Source of the DNA: Alphaproteobacteria bacterium
GTDB lineage: Bacteria; Pseudomonadota; Alphaproteobacteria; UBA828
DNA: 64,000 bases
Assembly (NCBI GenBank): GCA_963667785.2
Contig: CAXXMU010000005.1
Location: 320,001 to 384,000 of the forward strand
Direction: 5' to 3'
The notes below the pieces were generated by a model that was not told the origin of the DNA, made no database searches, and saw only the letters and a program-made list of their open reading frames with translations. Positions 1 through 11,842 of this stretch are shown here, piece after piece (the stretch's first letter is position 1; each line of letters starts with the position of its first letter). The position numbers and the translations under genes were made by a program.

Positions 1-87
1 CCGCGTGGATCGGGCTCGCGGACCGCAAGCCCCCATGCAGGCGCGCGTCAACGGCACCCGGTGCGGGAAGGGAGACTACCGGAAACT

Positions 88-735
88 CTACGTCGCGCCG
101 CGTGCTGACGGGGACGTGTCGCCAAGCGGGTCGACGCCGGCAACGAGCGCCATCCTCACCAGGTGGGACAGGCTGTCCGCCCCCATCTTCTTCATGACGT
201 TCCGGCGATACACCTCGACAGTGCGGCCGCTGATTCCCAACTCGTACGCGGCAATCTTGTTGGAGCGGCCCATCACGAGCTGTTCGAACACCTGCCGTTC
301 GCGCAGGGTCAGCTCACCGATCCGGTCACCGATTTCGACCTTCTCGAGCCGGTCGCGCTGAGCATCTCCGCCAAGTTCGACGGCCCGCGCAACGCTCTCC
401 AGCAGGCGGTCCCGGCTCACCGGCTTCTCGATGAAATCGATCGCGCCGGCACGCATCGCCTGCACCGCCATGGTTATGTCGCCGTGACCGGTGACGATGA
501 TGATCGGCAGTATCACACCGCGATCTCTCACGCGCCGCTGAACCTCCAACCCGTCCAGGTCCGGCATCTTGACGTCCAACAGGACGCATGACCCAGGAAC
601 GGTATCCAGGGAGTCGAGAAACGCGGCTCCCGACCTGAATCCGCTGGTCCGATAACCTGCCGTTTCGAGCAGTGCCTCGAGCGACGCACGAACGGCGTCA
701 TCATCATCGACGACAATGATCAGCTCACCAGACAC
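88..735 (-). CDS. fixJ: FixJ-like response regulator (REC + LuxR HTH)
   Basis: VVDDDDAVR receiver start, LLDVKMP phospho-Asp, DFIEKP, and LTLRERQV...SNKIAAYELGISGRTVEVYRRNVMKKMGA HTH. Directly downstream of the FixL-like kinase. Confidence 0.85.
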   Translation of the reverse strand: MSGELIIVVDDDDAVRASLEALLETAGYRTSGFRSGAAFLDSLDTVPGSCVLLDVKMPDLDGLEVQRRVRDRGVILPIIIVTGHGDITMAVQAMRAGAIDFIEKPVSRDRLLESVARAVELGGDAQRDRLEKVEIGDRIGELTLRERQVFEQLVMGRSNKIAAYELGISGRTVEVYRRNVMKKMGADSLSHLVRMALVAGVDPLGDTSPSARGAT

Positions 736-736
736 G

Positions 737-1930
737 TCAGTATTTCGACTCTTCGAAGACCGGGACCGTAAAGCTAATTCGTGCGCCGCCTTTCGGCTTG
801 TCGTCTACAACGATCCTGCCGCCATGCGCATCGATGATCGAGCGGCAGATACTCAGACCGATTCCGATACCGTCGAGCTTGGTCGAAACGAACGGTTCGA
901 ACAGAGTCTCCCGGATCGCCGCAGGGAATCCGGGCCCATCATCTCCGACACTCACCTCAACCATGTCGCCTCTGGCCACGGTCGTGACGAAAACAGTGCT
1001 GCCGTCGCTGTCGCCCAACGCATCGATGCTATTGCGCACCAGATTATGGATCACTTGCTGGATCTGAACGTGATCGATAAGCACGGAGGGAAGATCGTCG
1101 GCAAGGCTCATCTTCAAGTCGATGCTCTCGCTCGCGGTTCCCAGCATCGTCAGCTCGCAAATCTCCCTCACCACGGTATTGATGTCCAACACGGATCGCT
1201 CGGTATCCCCCCTGCTCGCAAACTCGAGCAGCCGTCTGAGCACGTCGCCCGCCCGCCGTGTCTGGGCGACGGCTTGGTCCATGAGCTCGCGAATTCGGGC
1301 GCGCTCCCCGCCGTCGCCTTGATCGATCAGTGCGGCGCTGGCTTCGACAAATCCCATGGCTGCCGAAAGAGGCTGGGTCAGCTCGTGCGCCAGGGTGGAT
1401 CCCATTTCTCCAACGGCGCTTGCGCGCGATACCAGCAACAGCTCCGACTGCAGCTCCTCGATTTTCTCGCGGGCTCGCTGCACCTCGGTAAGGTCGTGAA
1501 GTGTGCCGATGAAGAGGGGCGCGTCGTCGCTATCGCGCAGCTCGCCCACCGACAGACGGATCGGAACCGTCGAACCGTCCTTGCGCCGGCCGCTCACGTC
1601 ACGGCCGCTTCCGATAATCTTTGCCTCACCTGACTGCAGATAGTTCTGTATGTAGGAGTCGTGATTCTGGCGATCGGGGTGGGGCATGAGAAGTTTGACA
1701 TTCCTGCCGAGAACTTCTCGTGCCGAATACCCGAATAGTCGTTCGCACGCGGCGTTATACAGCAACACCGTGCCCGACGAATCGATCACGACCATGCCAT
1801 CGAGCGCAGTATCGATCACCTGGCGAAGTCTATCCTCGCCAAGAAGACCCGACGTTCCTGAAAGCGCTGTTGGCGGCATGGCTTCTACACGTCGCGCCAC
1901 AATCCCGGTTTGGAGATCAACGGTCTCCAC
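737..1930 (-). CDS. fixL: FixL-like heme-PAS sensor histidine kinase
   Basis: MPHPDRQNHDSYIQNY...IIGSGRDVSGRRKDG matches the FixL heme-PAS pattern. H-box LAHELTQPL, N-box QVIHNLVRNS, G boxes DDGPG and GIGIGLSIC. Confidence 0.85.
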   Translation of the reverse strand: METVDLQTGIVARRVEAMPPTALSGTSGLLGEDRLRQVIDTALDGMVVIDSSGTVLLYNAACERLFGYSAREVLGRNVKLLMPHPDRQNHDSYIQNYLQSGEAKIIGSGRDVSGRRKDGSTVPIRLSVGELRDSDDAPLFIGTLHDLTEVQRAREKIEELQSELLLVSRASAVGEMGSTLAHELTQPLSAAMGFVEASAALIDQGDGGERARIRELMDQAVAQTRRAGDVLRRLLEFASRGDTERSVLDINTVVREICELTMLGTASESIDLKMSLADDLPSVLIDHVQIQQVIHNLVRNSIDALGDSDGSTVFVTTVARGDMVEVSVGDDGPGFPAAIRETLFEPFVSTKLDGIGIGLSICRSIIDAHGGRIVVDDKPKGGARISFTVPVFEESKY

Positions 1931-2357
1931 GTGCGTGCAATCGGCGACTGGGCGTCTATCCCAGAACTTCGCGACGATCGAAATGCCGTTCTCGAGTCAG
2001 ACACGTATCGGGGAAAAATAGATTGGAAAAATTCATCTCCTGACTCTCGATATACTAAGCGCAAACACCGAGTTCCAAACCGATACCGCGCACGAAATTC
2101 GCATCTGCCAGAGGCTATCGTATCTCCTCGTGTTCGGCGATCCTTGCACCGCCATCGCGATCCTGTGGCATCCTCGCTGGACGGCGCATGGCCTGTCAAT
2201 GTGGCGCGAGTTCACGACGGCGCCTCGTGTCAGTGCCGCCGCAGCATGCTCGGCGCAGACGGGATTTGCGTGATTCGCCGAACGGGTGGCGAATGGGGCG
2301 AGGGCGTCGTGCGGGGTGCGGACGAGCACTCTTCGGCCGACGGCAAGCCCTCGTCGC

Positions 2358-3782
2358 TCACCTGCGTAGTCGGCTCAGACGCACGGACAGATTGGACGGC
2401 ATCATCGTGAACGCCAGAAGCTCGTCCACGTCCCCACCGTCACGCACGGGCTCCACCTGGAAGTTCCGGCACAGCATCGCGAGGACCGTCCTGATCTGAA
2501 GCAGGGCGAGGCTGCGACCGGGGCAGAGGCGCGGGCCGGCGCCGAACGGAACAAAGGCGCGGCGGTCGTGCGGACAGGTTCTTGATTCAGGCGGAACGAG
2601 CCAGCGGTCGGGATCGAACCGTGCGCCCTCGCCGAAGTTCTCGTCCCGCGTCGCCATGCGCCTCACCAGCAGCATGATCGGCGTCCCCCTGGGTATCGCG
2701 CAGCCGAGGATCGTGACATCGGCCACGGGCTCGACCACGTGGAGCGGCGCGACGGGCTTCAGACGCATCACCTCGTTGCAGAAGGCGTCGAGGAACGGAA
2801 GCGCGTTGGCTTGATCCAGACTTGCGATGGCCGGCTCGGGCGCGACCACCGCATCGACCTCGCGCCGGACCCGCTCGAAGTGCTCCGGATACGTCGTGAA
2901 GTAGTGGACGGCCCAGGCCATGCTGTTCGCCGTCGTGTCCTCGCCCGCCAGCAGCAGCGTGCCGGCGTTGGCGAAGATCTCGGCGTCGCTGAACCCGGAC
3001 TCCTCGGTCTCCACCGCCGCCAGGATGGCCTCCAGGAAGTTGGTCGGCGCATCGCGCCGTTCGGGCTCGGCCGCCATGCGCTCCCGCGTGGCGCGGACCA
3101 TGTCTCCCACCTCCCGCTCCAGCGCCACGAGCGCCCGGTCGAGCGCGCGGTCAGACGGCAGGCGGATGTAGCGCCACCAGGGGAAGGCGGCGTTCACGCG
3201 CCGGTGCAGCACGGGGAAGACCTTGTCGAGATGCCGCTGTATCACCGGGCCCGGCGTCTCCAGGGTGTTGGCGTCGACCCCGAACGCAAGCTGCATGGTG
3301 ACGTCGACGGTGAAGCGCATCAGGTCGCGGCAGAGGTCCACGGGTTCCGAGGCATCCGCCGCCCGCTCCCAGCGCCGCTGCAGGCGTCCCACCGTCACCG
3401 CCAGCGTGGGAAAGAAGTCCTTGAGCTTCGCGCGGTTCAGGGCGGCGGTGACGATCCGGCGCTGCCGGCGCCAGTCCTCGCCTTCGGCCGCGAAGACGCC
3501 CTTGAGGCGCATTTCGGCAGCCACCGACTCGAGCATGACGGTGCGCCGGAAGCCCTCGGGACGCTGCACCAGGATGCGCTGGATGGCCGCGCGGTCCGAG
3601 ATCACCGCGATACGATGTGGTCCGATGCGGATCCGGAATATCGCGCCGTGCTGCTCCGCCCAGTCTTCCAGGATCAGGTGGAGCCGGTCGAAACGGATCC
3701 GATGGAGGTTGCCCAGCAGCGGCAGTCCACGGGGACCGGGGAGGTCGGCGAGCGGCGTCAATGCGCTTTCGCTCCGCGTCAT
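2358..3782 (-). CDS. Cytochrome P450
   Basis: LPGPRGLPLLGN N-terminus, AGEDTT I-helix, EVMR (ExxR), PDRW, FGAGPRLCPG heme-Cys motif. Start trimmed to ATG 3782. Confidence 0.93.
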   Translation of the reverse strand: MTRSESALTPLADLPGPRGLPLLGNLHRIRFDRLHLILEDWAEQHGAIFRIRIGPHRIAVISDRAAIQRILVQRPEGFRRTVMLESVAAEMRLKGVFAAEGEDWRRQRRIVTAALNRAKLKDFFPTLAVTVGRLQRRWERAADASEPVDLCRDLMRFTVDVTMQLAFGVDANTLETPGPVIQRHLDKVFPVLHRRVNAAFPWWRYIRLPSDRALDRALVALEREVGDMVRATRERMAAEPERRDAPTNFLEAILAAVETEESGFSDAEIFANAGTLLLAGEDTTANSMAWAVHYFTTYPEHFERVRREVDAVVAPEPAIASLDQANALPFLDAFCNEVMRLKPVAPLHVVEPVADVTILGCAIPRGTPIMLLVRRMATRDENFGEGARFDPDRWLVPPESRTCPHDRRAFVPFGAGPRLCPGRSLALLQIRTVLAMLCRNFQVEPVRDGGDVDELLAFTMMPSNLSVRLSRLRR

Positions 3783-3963
3783 GGCGCCATTCTCGGGCAT
3801 TTCGGGCCGTGGGCATAGCCGCGCAACCGACGCGCTGCCGGTCTCTCCCGTAAAGATCGAAGGCCGTTCGTCCGGGGCCCTCTTCTCGGATCGTCGACAG
3901 GATTCGTCACCCATCGGCTTCCGAGACGCAGCCCCGGATGGACAACCTATTGAGAGATCACAG

Positions 3964-5466
3964 CTAGTGCAGCGCGACCCGCGCCATGTGCTCGCCGGCT
4001 CGCAGCGCCTGGGCGGCGACGGTGAGCGCGGGATTGACGGCGGCGGACGAGGGAAAGAACGAGGCGTCGACGACGTAGAGATTGTCGAGATCGAAGGCCT
4101 TGCAGAAGGGGTCGAGCGGTGCGTCGGCCGGGTCGTGGCCGAAGCGCACGGTGCCGCACTGGTGCGACGGCGTCTCCTTGGAGAACGCCTTGCTCAGCAC
4201 GATGGGAAAGCCCGCCGCACGCAGCATCCGGCGCGCCTTCGCCACCAGCATCCTGTGCGCGGCGAGGTTCGTCCGCCGCCAGTCGAGGACGATGGTGCCG
4301 TCGCTGCGCGCCCTCACCCGACTGTCCGGATGCGGCAGGTCCTCCGACATGGCGTACCAGTCGACGCTGTGGGCAGCCAGCCAGGCTCGCGCCCAGCGCG
4401 GCACGCGGCGGATCTCGTTGCGCAGCATCGGCTCCATGATCTTGCCGAGAAGCTGCAGGTTGCCGAGCGGGGGCCCGCCCTCGCCATCGTCGAGGTAGAA
4501 GTCGTTGACCGCCAGCGTCTTCTGGAAGGTCTCCCTGTTGGCGCGGAGCGGCCCTATCGCCATGACCGCCGTGCAGTTGTGGTTCATGTAGTGGCGCCCG
4601 ACCATGCCGGAGGCGTTGGCGAGGCCACGTGCGTGCGTGGCGTGGACCGAGCGAAGCAGGATTGCCGCGCTGTTCACGGCGCCCGCCGCCAGCACGAAGA
4701 GCCCGCCCCGCACCTCCGTCCCGTCGGCTAACTCGACCGCCTCGATGCGCCGGCCGCTCGCGTCCGCGCGCAGGCGGACGACCCGTGCCCCGCATCGCAG
4801 CACCACGTTCTCGCACTCCAGCACCGGGTCGATGAGCCGGGTCTCGGCATCGCCCTTGGCGCCGAGGCGGCAGGGAAAGCCGTCGCAGGTGTTGCAGCGC
4901 ACGCAGGCGCCGCCTTCGTGGTCCTGCACCGACGACGGGAGCGGGAACGGGTGCAGGCCCTGTGCACGCAGCCGCTCGGCGAGCGCGGCGATCGCCGGGT
5001 TGTGGCGGAGCGGCGGATGCGGGTAGGGGCCGGAGCGCGCCGACTCCGTCGGGTCGGCCCCGGCTTCGCCGTGCACGCCGAAGAGACGCTCGGCTCGGGC
5101 GTAGTAGGGCTCCAGCGTGTCGTAGTCGACGGGCCAGGCCGGCGAGAGTCCGCCGGCGTGCTCCATGGCCACGAAATCCTCGCGCCGGAAGCGGAACATG
5201 GTGGCGCCGAACACCTTCGTATGACCGCCCACGTAGTAGAATTGCCCCGGCCGAAACGAGCGGCCGTTGCCGTCAACCCAGCGCTCGTCGGACTTGTAGG
5301 CGGCATCGGCGTAGACGGCCTCTGGGTCCCAGTTGCGGTCTTCGCGCGGGAGTCGCGATCCCCGCTCGAGGATGACGATGCGGGCGCCGGTGGGAGCCAG
5401 AACGTGGGCGATGCAGCCGCCGCCCACGCCCGACCCGACGATCACCACATCGAAGCCGCCCGCCAC
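3964..5466 (-). CDS. GMC family FAD oxidoreductase
   Basis: IVGSGVGG FAD motif, CVRCNTCDGFPC, SHQCGT, YVVDASFFPSSAAVNPALT. Confidence 0.9.
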   Translation of the reverse strand: MAGGFDVVIVGSGVGGGCIAHVLAPTGARIVILERGSRLPREDRNWDPEAVYADAAYKSDERWVDGNGRSFRPGQFYYVGGHTKVFGATMFRFRREDFVAMEHAGGLSPAWPVDYDTLEPYYARAERLFGVHGEAGADPTESARSGPYPHPPLRHNPAIAALAERLRAQGLHPFPLPSSVQDHEGGACVRCNTCDGFPCRLGAKGDAETRLIDPVLECENVVLRCGARVVRLRADASGRRIEAVELADGTEVRGGLFVLAAGAVNSAAILLRSVHATHARGLANASGMVGRHYMNHNCTAVMAIGPLRANRETFQKTLAVNDFYLDDGEGGPPLGNLQLLGKIMEPMLRNEIRRVPRWARAWLAAHSVDWYAMSEDLPHPDSRVRARSDGTIVLDWRRTNLAAHRMLVAKARRMLRAAGFPIVLSKAFSKETPSHQCGTVRFGHDPADAPLDPFCKAFDLDNLYVVDASFFPSSAAVNPALTVAAQALRAGEHMARVALH

Positions 5467-5470
5467 CGGC

Positions 5471-6586
5471 TCAGAGACGCTGCTCGGTCTCGGGGTCGAA
5501 GAGCACCGCCTTGGACATGTCGACCATGAAGGTGCAGCGCTCGCCTGCGCGGGCGCCGGTCTCGGCCCTGAGCCGGGCCACGGCTTCCCTGCCGCCCAGC
5601 CGGATCATCGCCAGCGTGTCGGCGCCGGTCGGCTGCGTGACCTCCACATGGGCTTCGAGCGGGTGGCGTTGGGCGCCATCGTCGGGGGCGGCGGCGGGGG
5701 CGTCGTCGATACTCTCGGGCCGGAGCCCCAGGATGACGTCGCGGCCGACGAAAGCCTCGGCAGCGGCGGAGGGCCGGTGGAGAGGCAGCACCGTGGTCGT
5801 GCCGTCCGCGCGCTTCAGACTGACGACCAGCGCTCCGTGCGCCCGGTCGAGCCGCGCCGGCACCAGGTTCATCGAGGGCGAGCCCATGAAGTCCGCCACG
5901 AAGATGTTGGCGGGTGTGTTGTAGATCTCGGCCGGCGTGCCGACCTGCTGCAGCACGCCGTCCTTCAGCACCGCAATCACGGTCGCCAGCGTCATCGCTT
6001 CGATCTGGTCATGGGTCACGTAGACGATGGTCGTTCCCAACCGCTGGTGCAGCTTCTGAATCTCGGTGCGCATCTCGACCCGGAGCTTGGCGTCCAGGTT
6101 GGAGAGCGGCTCGTCGAACAGGAAGATCTTTGGATCGCGCACCAACGCGCGCCCCATGGCGACGCGCTGGCGCTGGCCGCCGGAAAGCTGGCTCGGCTTG
6201 CGCTCCAGCAGGTCCTCGATCTGCAGCATGCTGGCCACCCTGGCCACCACCTGCTGGCGCTCGGCCTTGGGCACGCCCCGCATCTCCATGCCGAAGGACA
6301 TGTTCTTCGCGACGTTCATGTTGGGGTAGAGCGCGTAGGACTGGAACACCATGGCGATGTCGCGCTTGGAGGGGTGAAGCTCGTTCACCCGGACGCCGTC
6401 AATCAGGATCTCGCCGGCGGTAACGGTCTCGAGGCCCGCGATGGTGTTGAGCAGCGTCGACTTGCCGCAGCCCGAAGGCCCCACCAGCACGAGGAAGCCG
6501 CCGCGCGGCACGCTGATGTCGATGCCCTTGAGCACCTCGACCGAGCCGAAGCGCTTCTCGAGACCGTTGACCACCAGGAACGACAT
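5471..6586 (-). CDS. Carbohydrate ABC transporter ATPase (MalK/MsmX family)
   Basis: [36 protein letters not shown]-terminal TOBE domain. Confidence 0.93.
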   Translation of the reverse strand: MSFLVVNGLEKRFGSVEVLKGIDISVPRGGFLVLVGPSGCGKSTLLNTIAGLETVTAGEILIDGVRVNELHPSKRDIAMVFQSYALYPNMNVAKNMSFGMEMRGVPKAERQQVVARVASMLQIEDLLERKPSQLSGGQRQRVAMGRALVRDPKIFLFDEPLSNLDAKLRVEMRTEIQKLHQRLGTTIVYVTHDQIEAMTLATVIAVLKDGVLQQVGTPAEIYNTPANIFVADFMGSPSMNLVPARLDRAHGALVVSLKRADGTTTVLPLHRPSAAAEAFVGRDVILGLRPESIDDAPAAAPDDGAQRHPLEAHVEVTQPTGADTLAMIRLGGREAVARLRAETGARAGERCTFMVDMSKAVLFDPETEQRL

Positions 6587-6590
6587 GCGC

Positions 6591-7472
6591 CTACCCCTTG
6601 ACGGCGCCGGCCATGAGGCCGCGCACGAAATAGCGGCCGGCGACGACATAGACCAGCAGCGTCGGGATCGCCGCCAGGATCGCGCCGGCGAAGTGCACGT
6701 TGTACTCCTTCACGCCGGTCGACGAGCTGACCAGATTGTTGAGCGCAACCGTCATCGGCTGAGAGTCGAAATCCGAGAACGACGCGCCGAACAGGAAGTC
6801 GTTCCAGATACTGGTGAACTGCCAGATCACCGTGACCACGATGATGGGGCCCGAGCTCGGCAGGAGGATGCGGTAGAAGATGCGCAGGAAGTTGGCCCCG
6901 TCGATCTGCGCCGCCTTCACCAGTTCGGTCGGGAAGGCGGCGTAGTAGTTGCGGAAGAAGAGGGTGGTGAAGCCCAGGCCGTAGACCACGTGCACCAGCA
7001 CCAGGCCCCAGGTCGTGCCGGCGATGCCGAGGAAGCCCAGCACGCGGGCCATGGGGATGAGCACGATCTGGAAGGGGATAAAGCAGGCGAACAGCATCAG
7101 CGCGAAGAGGAGGGTATCGCCGCGGAAGCGCCACTTGGTGAGCACGTAGCCGTTGAGCGCCCCCAGCAGGGTCGAGATCACCACCGCAGGCACCACCATC
7201 TTGATCGAGTTCAGGAAGTAGGGTGCAAGGCCGGTCGGCTGAACGCCGATCTGGGCCTGGTTCCAGGCCTTGATCCAGGGCGCGATGGTGACGAGCTCGG
7301 GCAGCGCCAGCATGTTGCCGCCGCGGATCTCGTCCAGCTCCTTGAACGAGTTCACCATCATCACGAAGAGCGGCAGCAGGTAGTAGACGGCGAAGACCAG
7401 CAGCGCGGCATAGATCAGCGCCCGCGTGAGCCGGCCCGTGCGGACGGCGGTCTCCACGGCGCTAGCGGCCAC
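6591..7472 (-). CDS. Carbohydrate ABC permease (GtsC-like)
   Basis: Multiple TM segments, [14 protein letters not shown] loop, [20 protein letters not shown]. Confidence 0.9.
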   Translation of the reverse strand: MAASAVETAVRTGRLTRALIYAALLVFAVYYLLPLFVMMVNSFKELDEIRGGNMLALPELVTIAPWIKAWNQAQIGVQPTGLAPYFLNSIKMVVPAVVISTLLGALNGYVLTKWRFRGDTLLFALMLFACFIPFQIVLIPMARVLGFLGIAGTTWGLVLVHVVYGLGFTTLFFRNYYAAFPTELVKAAQIDGANFLRIFYRILLPSSGPIIVVTVIWQFTSIWNDFLFGASFSDFDSQPMTVALNNLVSSSTGVKEYNVHFAGAILAAIPTLLVYVVAGRYFVRGLMAGAVKG

Positions 7473-8370
7473 GACGCGGCTCCCGCAGCTCGGCATAGAG
7501 GTAGGGCACGATGACGGCCGCGACCATCATCAGCATGATCACCGCGGAGCCCGCGCCGATGCCCATCTGGTTGCGGGTGAAGGTGTAGGAGTACATGAAG
7601 GTCGCCGGCATCTCGGTCGCCCGTCCAGGCCCGCCGCCGGTGAGCGCCACCACCAGGTCGTAGGACTTGATCGCCATGTGGGCGAGGACGACGAAGGCGG
7701 ACAGGAACGCGGGCCTGAGCTGCGGAATGATGATCCGTGCGTAGAGCTTGAGGTTCGAGGCGCCGTCGATCTGCGCCGCCTTGATGATCTCGTTGTCGAT
7801 GCCGCGCAGGCCCGCCAGGAAGATGGCCATGACGAAGCCCGAAGTCTGCCAGACCGCGGCGATCACGATGGTGTAGATCGCCATCTGGCGGCTCTTGATC
7901 CAGTCGAACTCGAAACTGGCCCAACCCCAGCTCTGCAGGGTCTGCTCGAGACCGATGCCGGGGTCGAGGAACCACTTCCATGCCGTGCCGGTGACGATGA
8001 AGCTGAGCGCCATCGGGTAGAGATAGAGCGGCCTCAGCACGCCTTCGCTGCGGATCTTCTGGTCGAGAAGGATGGCCAGGGTCAGGCCGATCACGGTGCA
8101 GATGGCGATGTAGAGGCCACCGAAGATCACCAGGTTCTCGACCGCCGTCGACCAGTGGCGCAGCCCGAACAGCTTCTCGTAGTTCTCGAAGCCGATGATG
8201 TTGAACTTGGGAAGGATGCGGGAGTCGGTGAACGAGAGGTAAACGGTGAAGACGATAAAGCCGTAAACGAAGAGAACGATCGCCGCGAAGCTGGGCGCCA
8301 GCACCAGCCGCGGCAGAGCCTGTTGCGCCCAGCCTCGAAGGTAACGGCCGTGCTCTACCGCGAAGGACAC
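7462..8370 (-). CDS. Carbohydrate ABC permease (GtsB-like)
   Basis: Multiple TM segments, [14 protein letters not shown] loop, TGGGPG. Confidence 0.9.
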   Translation of the reverse strand: MSFAVEHGRYLRGWAQQALPRLVLAPSFAAIVLFVYGFIVFTVYLSFTDSRILPKFNIIGFENYEKLFGLRHWSTAVENLVIFGGLYIAICTVIGLTLAILLDQKIRSEGVLRPLYLYPMALSFIVTGTAWKWFLDPGIGLEQTLQSWGWASFEFDWIKSRQMAIYTIVIAAVWQTSGFVMAIFLAGLRGIDNEIIKAAQIDGASNLKLYARIIIPQLRPAFLSAFVVLAHMAIKSYDLVVALTGGGPGRATEMPATFMYSYTFTRNQMGIGAGSAVIMLMMVAAVIVPYLYAELREPRRGR

Positions 8371-8446
8371 GGCCGTATCCCCCGCTCTTGCGCGATGAGG
8401 ACGGATTGGCCCCGACGAGTGGGCCGGGACCAATCGTCCATGTCGG

Positions 8447-9712
8447 CTACATCGCCGCTTCGACGGCGTTCACCAGCTCCTCGACGGCGGTCGCGGAATC
8501 GAACTCGCCGTTGAAGTGGGCGGTGACGACGTCATAGATGGCGTTCTTCACCGACGCCGGGCTCGCGTGGCCGTGGGCCATCGAGCCGTAGAGCGTGCCG
8601 TTGGCATTGGCCTCGGCCAGGTCCTTCATGCCCTTCTTGCCGCAGTCGTCGAAGGCCTCGTCGGAGACATCCGTGCGCGCGGGCACCGAGCCCTTGACCA
8701 CGTTGAAGGCGGACTGGAAGGAGGTCGACATGATCGCCGACGCCAGCTTCTCCTGCGCGGAGCGGCGCTCGTCGCCGACCGCGAACATGGCGAACTGGTC
8801 GGCGTTGAAGGTCACCGTCCCCTGCGTGCCGGGATGGCGGAAGCAGACGAAGTCCACGCCCGGCGTCTTGCCGGCATTCAGGAACTCGCCCTTGGCCCAG
8901 TCGCCCATCATCTGCATGCCGGCCTGGCCCTCGATGACCATGGCGGTGGCAAGGTTCCAGTCGCGGCCCGAGAAGTTCTCGTCCACGTAGGAGCGCAATG
9001 TCGCCATGCGATCGAACGCCGTCTTCATGGTATCGGAGCCGAGCGCGTCGGGGTCAAGCTCGATCATGGCCTTCTGGTAGAACTCCGACCCGCCCGTCGA
9101 CATCAGGACGCCGTCGAAGATCGTGGCCTCCTGCCAGGCCTGGCCGCCGTGGGCGAGCGCGACGTAGCCCGCACCCTGGATCGCGTCGAGGGCCGCGACC
9201 AGCTCGTCCCAGGTCGTGGGCGCGGCGATGCCGAGCTCGTCCAGGATCCCCTTGTTCGCCCACACCCAGTTGGTCGAGTGCACGTTGACCGGTGCCGAGA
9301 TCCACTTGTCGTCGTACTTGGCGAAACGCTGGAGCGCCGCCGGCACGACGCCGTCCCAGCCCTCTGCCGCCGCGACGGCGTTGAGGTCCGCAAGCGCGCC
9401 CTCGGCGGCCCAGTCCTGAATGTCGAAGCCCAGCATCTGCACCGCGGTCGGCGGATTGCCGGCGGTGACGCGCGCGCGCAGCACGGTCATCGCCTCGGTC
9501 CCGCCGCCCCCGGCGACCGGCATGTCCTGCCAGGTGACGCCCTGGCCTTCGAGGTCCTGCTTGAGGACGTTGAGGGCGGCCGCTTCGCCACCTGAGGTCC
9601 ACCAGTGCAGGACCTCGACTTCTTCGGCGGCCTCGGCGGCGGGCGTCAGCCCCACCGCAAGGGTCATCGCGGCGCCGGCGACGCCTGCCGCAAGGAAAGA
9701 CTTGAGTCTCAT
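8447..9712 (-). CDS. Sugar ABC substrate-binding protein (glucose/mannose type, GtsA-like)
   Basis: Signal peptide, [16 protein letters not shown] and [10 protein letters not shown] motifs typical of glucose-binding SBPs. Confidence 0.88.
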   Translation of the reverse strand: MRLKSFLAAGVAGAAMTLAVGLTPAAEAAEEVEVLHWWTSGGEAAALNVLKQDLEGQGVTWQDMPVAGGGGTEAMTVLRARVTAGNPPTAVQMLGFDIQDWAAEGALADLNAVAAAEGWDGVVPAALQRFAKYDDKWISAPVNVHSTNWVWANKGILDELGIAAPTTWDELVAALDAIQGAGYVALAHGGQAWQEATIFDGVLMSTGGSEFYQKAMIELDPDALGSDTMKTAFDRMATLRSYVDENFSGRDWNLATAMVIEGQAGMQMMGDWAKGEFLNAGKTPGVDFVCFRHPGTQGTVTFNADQFAMFAVGDERRSAQEKLASAIMSTSFQSAFNVVKGSVPARTDVSDEAFDDCGKKGMKDLAEANANGTLYGSMAHGHASPASVKNAIYDVVTAHFNGEFDSATAVEELVNAVEAAM

Positions 9713-10006
9713 GTTAGGTCTCCCGTTGGTTGAATGCGCTTCTCACACTCGGTTGGTCCGGCTTTCCCGCGCATTCCGTTGGGAGCCGGTCCGCATTCTG
9801 TGGCCCAGGGATGTCGTCGGATGTCGCGACGGCGGCGTGCAGTTGCAGGGCTTAATCCCATAGTTCGCTGTGGCCGCGCTAGTGGCGATTGACCGGAAAG
9901 GGTCGCAGGATTCCTCTCCGTGATGCTGGATACGCCATCACGAATGTCGTCCATGCCGCCGGCACCGCCTGTCGCGAGCCGGGCGTCCACTCGCACGCCG
10001 AAAACA

Positions 10007-11821
10007 CTACACGACGACTGCGGCGCCAGACCCTGCCGGGCCGACGTTGTTGCGGAAGGCGGCGAAGAGCTCGCGCCCGATGCCGCTCGCATTGGCGGAG
10101 AGATCGGCCTCTGCCGGCGCGCGGGCGGCGAATTCGGCCGCATCGACAAGCACGTCGAGCCGACCTGCCGCGGCGTCGAGCCGGAGCACATCGCCGTCGC
10201 GCACCCGCGCGATGGCCCCGCCGGCCGCGGCCTCGGGCGTGACGTGGATGGCCGCCGGCACCTTGCCCGACGCGCCTGACATACGCCCGTCGGTGACCAG
10301 CGCCACGCGGAAGCCGCGATCCTGCAAACTGCCGAGTATCGGCGTCAGCGCGTGCAGCTCGGGCATGCCGTTGGCCTGCGGGCCCTGGAAGCGCAGCACG
10401 CAGACGAGATCGCTTTCGAGCGCGCCGTCGCGGAACGCAGCCCTGACCTCCTCCTGATCGTGGAACACGCGGGCCGGGGCCTCGACGACATGGTGCTCAG
10501 GTCTAACCGCCGACGTCTTGATGACCGTCTGGCCGAGATTGCCGCTCAGCACGACGAGCCCGCCGGTGCGTTGGAACGGATCGGATGCCGCCCGCAGAAT
10601 TCTGTCGCTCAGGCTCGTGCGGGCGCCCTCGCGCCAGGCAAGCCCATCGGCGCCCAGCACCGGCTCCCGGGTGTAGCGGGCCAGCCCGTCGCCCGCGACG
10701 GTGCGGACGTCGCCGTGCAGGAGCCCGGCTTCCAGCAGCTCGCCGATCATGAAACCTAACCCGCCGGCGGCGTGGAAGTGGTTCACGTCCGCCAGCCCGT
10801 TGGGATAGACGCGGGCCATCAGCGGGGTTGCGGCGGAAAGCGCCGCCATGTCTGTCCAGTCGATCAGCACGCCGGCGGCACGCGCCATCGCGACCAGGTG
10901 CAGGGTCAGATTGGTCGAGCCGCCGGTGGCGTGCAGGCCGACCATGCCGTTGACGAAGGCGCGCTCGTCGAGCACCGCGCTCGTGGGCGTGTAGGCGTTG
11001 CCGTCGGCGGTAATCTTCAGCGCCCGCCGTGCCGCCGCACGGGTCAGCGCCTCGCGCAGCGGCGTGCCGGGATTGACGAAGCTCGCGCCCGGCAGGTGCA
11101 GGCCCATGAACTCCATCAGCATCTGGTTCGAATTCGCCGTGCCGTAGAACGTGCAGGTGCCGGGGCCGTGATAGGACGCCATCTCGGCGGCCATGAGCTC
11201 GTCCCGGTCGATTTCGCCGCGGGCGAAGCGCTGGCGCACGGCGGCCTTCTCGTCGTTCGGCAGGCCCGAGGTCATCGGCCCCGCCGGGACGAAGATCCCC
11301 GGGATGTGGCCGAAGGTGGCCGCTGCGATCACGAGGCCGGGGACGATCTTGTCGCACACGCCAAGGAAGATCGCGGCGTCGAAGCAGTTGTGCGAGAGCG
11401 CCACGCCCGCCGCCAGCGCGATCACGTCGCGGCTGAAGAGCGAGAGCTCCATGCCCGGCCGGCCCTGGGTGACGCCGTCGCACATCGCCGGCACGCCGCC
11501 GGCGACCTGGGCGGTGCCGCCCGCCTGCCGGGCCGCATCGCGGATCAGCGCGGGATACCCCTCGAACGGCTGGTGGGCCGAGAGCATGTCGTTGTAGGCG
11601 GTAACGATGCCGATGTTGCCGGCGCTGCCTTCGCTCTGTCGCGCCTTGTCGGCTGCCGGGCTGGCGGCGAAGGCGTGCGCGAGGTTGCCGCAGGAGAGAT
11701 GCGCGCGCGCGGGCCCTGCGTCGGCAGCGCGGGTCATGCGTTCGAGATAGGCGGTGCGGGCGCTCCGGCTGCGTGCGCGGATGCACTCCGTCACCCGGTG
11801 GACGGTATCGTTCAGTGGCAT
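10007..11821 (-). CDS. edd: Phosphogluconate dehydratase
   Basis: [49 protein letters not shown]. Confidence 0.96.
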   Translation of the reverse strand: MPLNDTVHRVTECIRARSRSARTAYLERMTRAADAGPARAHLSCGNLAHAFAASPAADKARQSEGSAGNIGIVTAYNDMLSAHQPFEGYPALIRDAARQAGGTAQVAGGVPAMCDGVTQGRPGMELSLFSRDVIALAAGVALSHNCFDAAIFLGVCDKIVPGLVIAAATFGHIPGIFVPAGPMTSGLPNDEKAAVRQRFARGEIDRDELMAAEMASYHGPGTCTFYGTANSNQMLMEFMGLHLPGASFVNPGTPLREALTRAAARRALKITADGNAYTPTSAVLDERAFVNGMVGLHATGGSTNLTLHLVAMARAAGVLIDWTDMAALSAATPLMARVYPNGLADVNHFHAAGGLGFMIGELLEAGLLHGDVRTVAGDGLARYTREPVLGADGLAWREGARTSLSDRILRAASDPFQRTGGLVVLSGNLGQTVIKTSAVRPEHHVVEAPARVFHDQEEVRAAFRDGALESDLVCVLRFQGPQANGMPELHALTPILGSLQDRGFRVALVTDGRMSGASGKVPAAIHVTPEAAAGGAIARVRDGDVLRLDAAAGRLDVLVDAAEFAARAPAEADLSANASGIGRELFAAFRNNVGPAGSGAAVVV

Positions 11822-11842
11822 CGGGCTCTCCCGATCGTTGCC

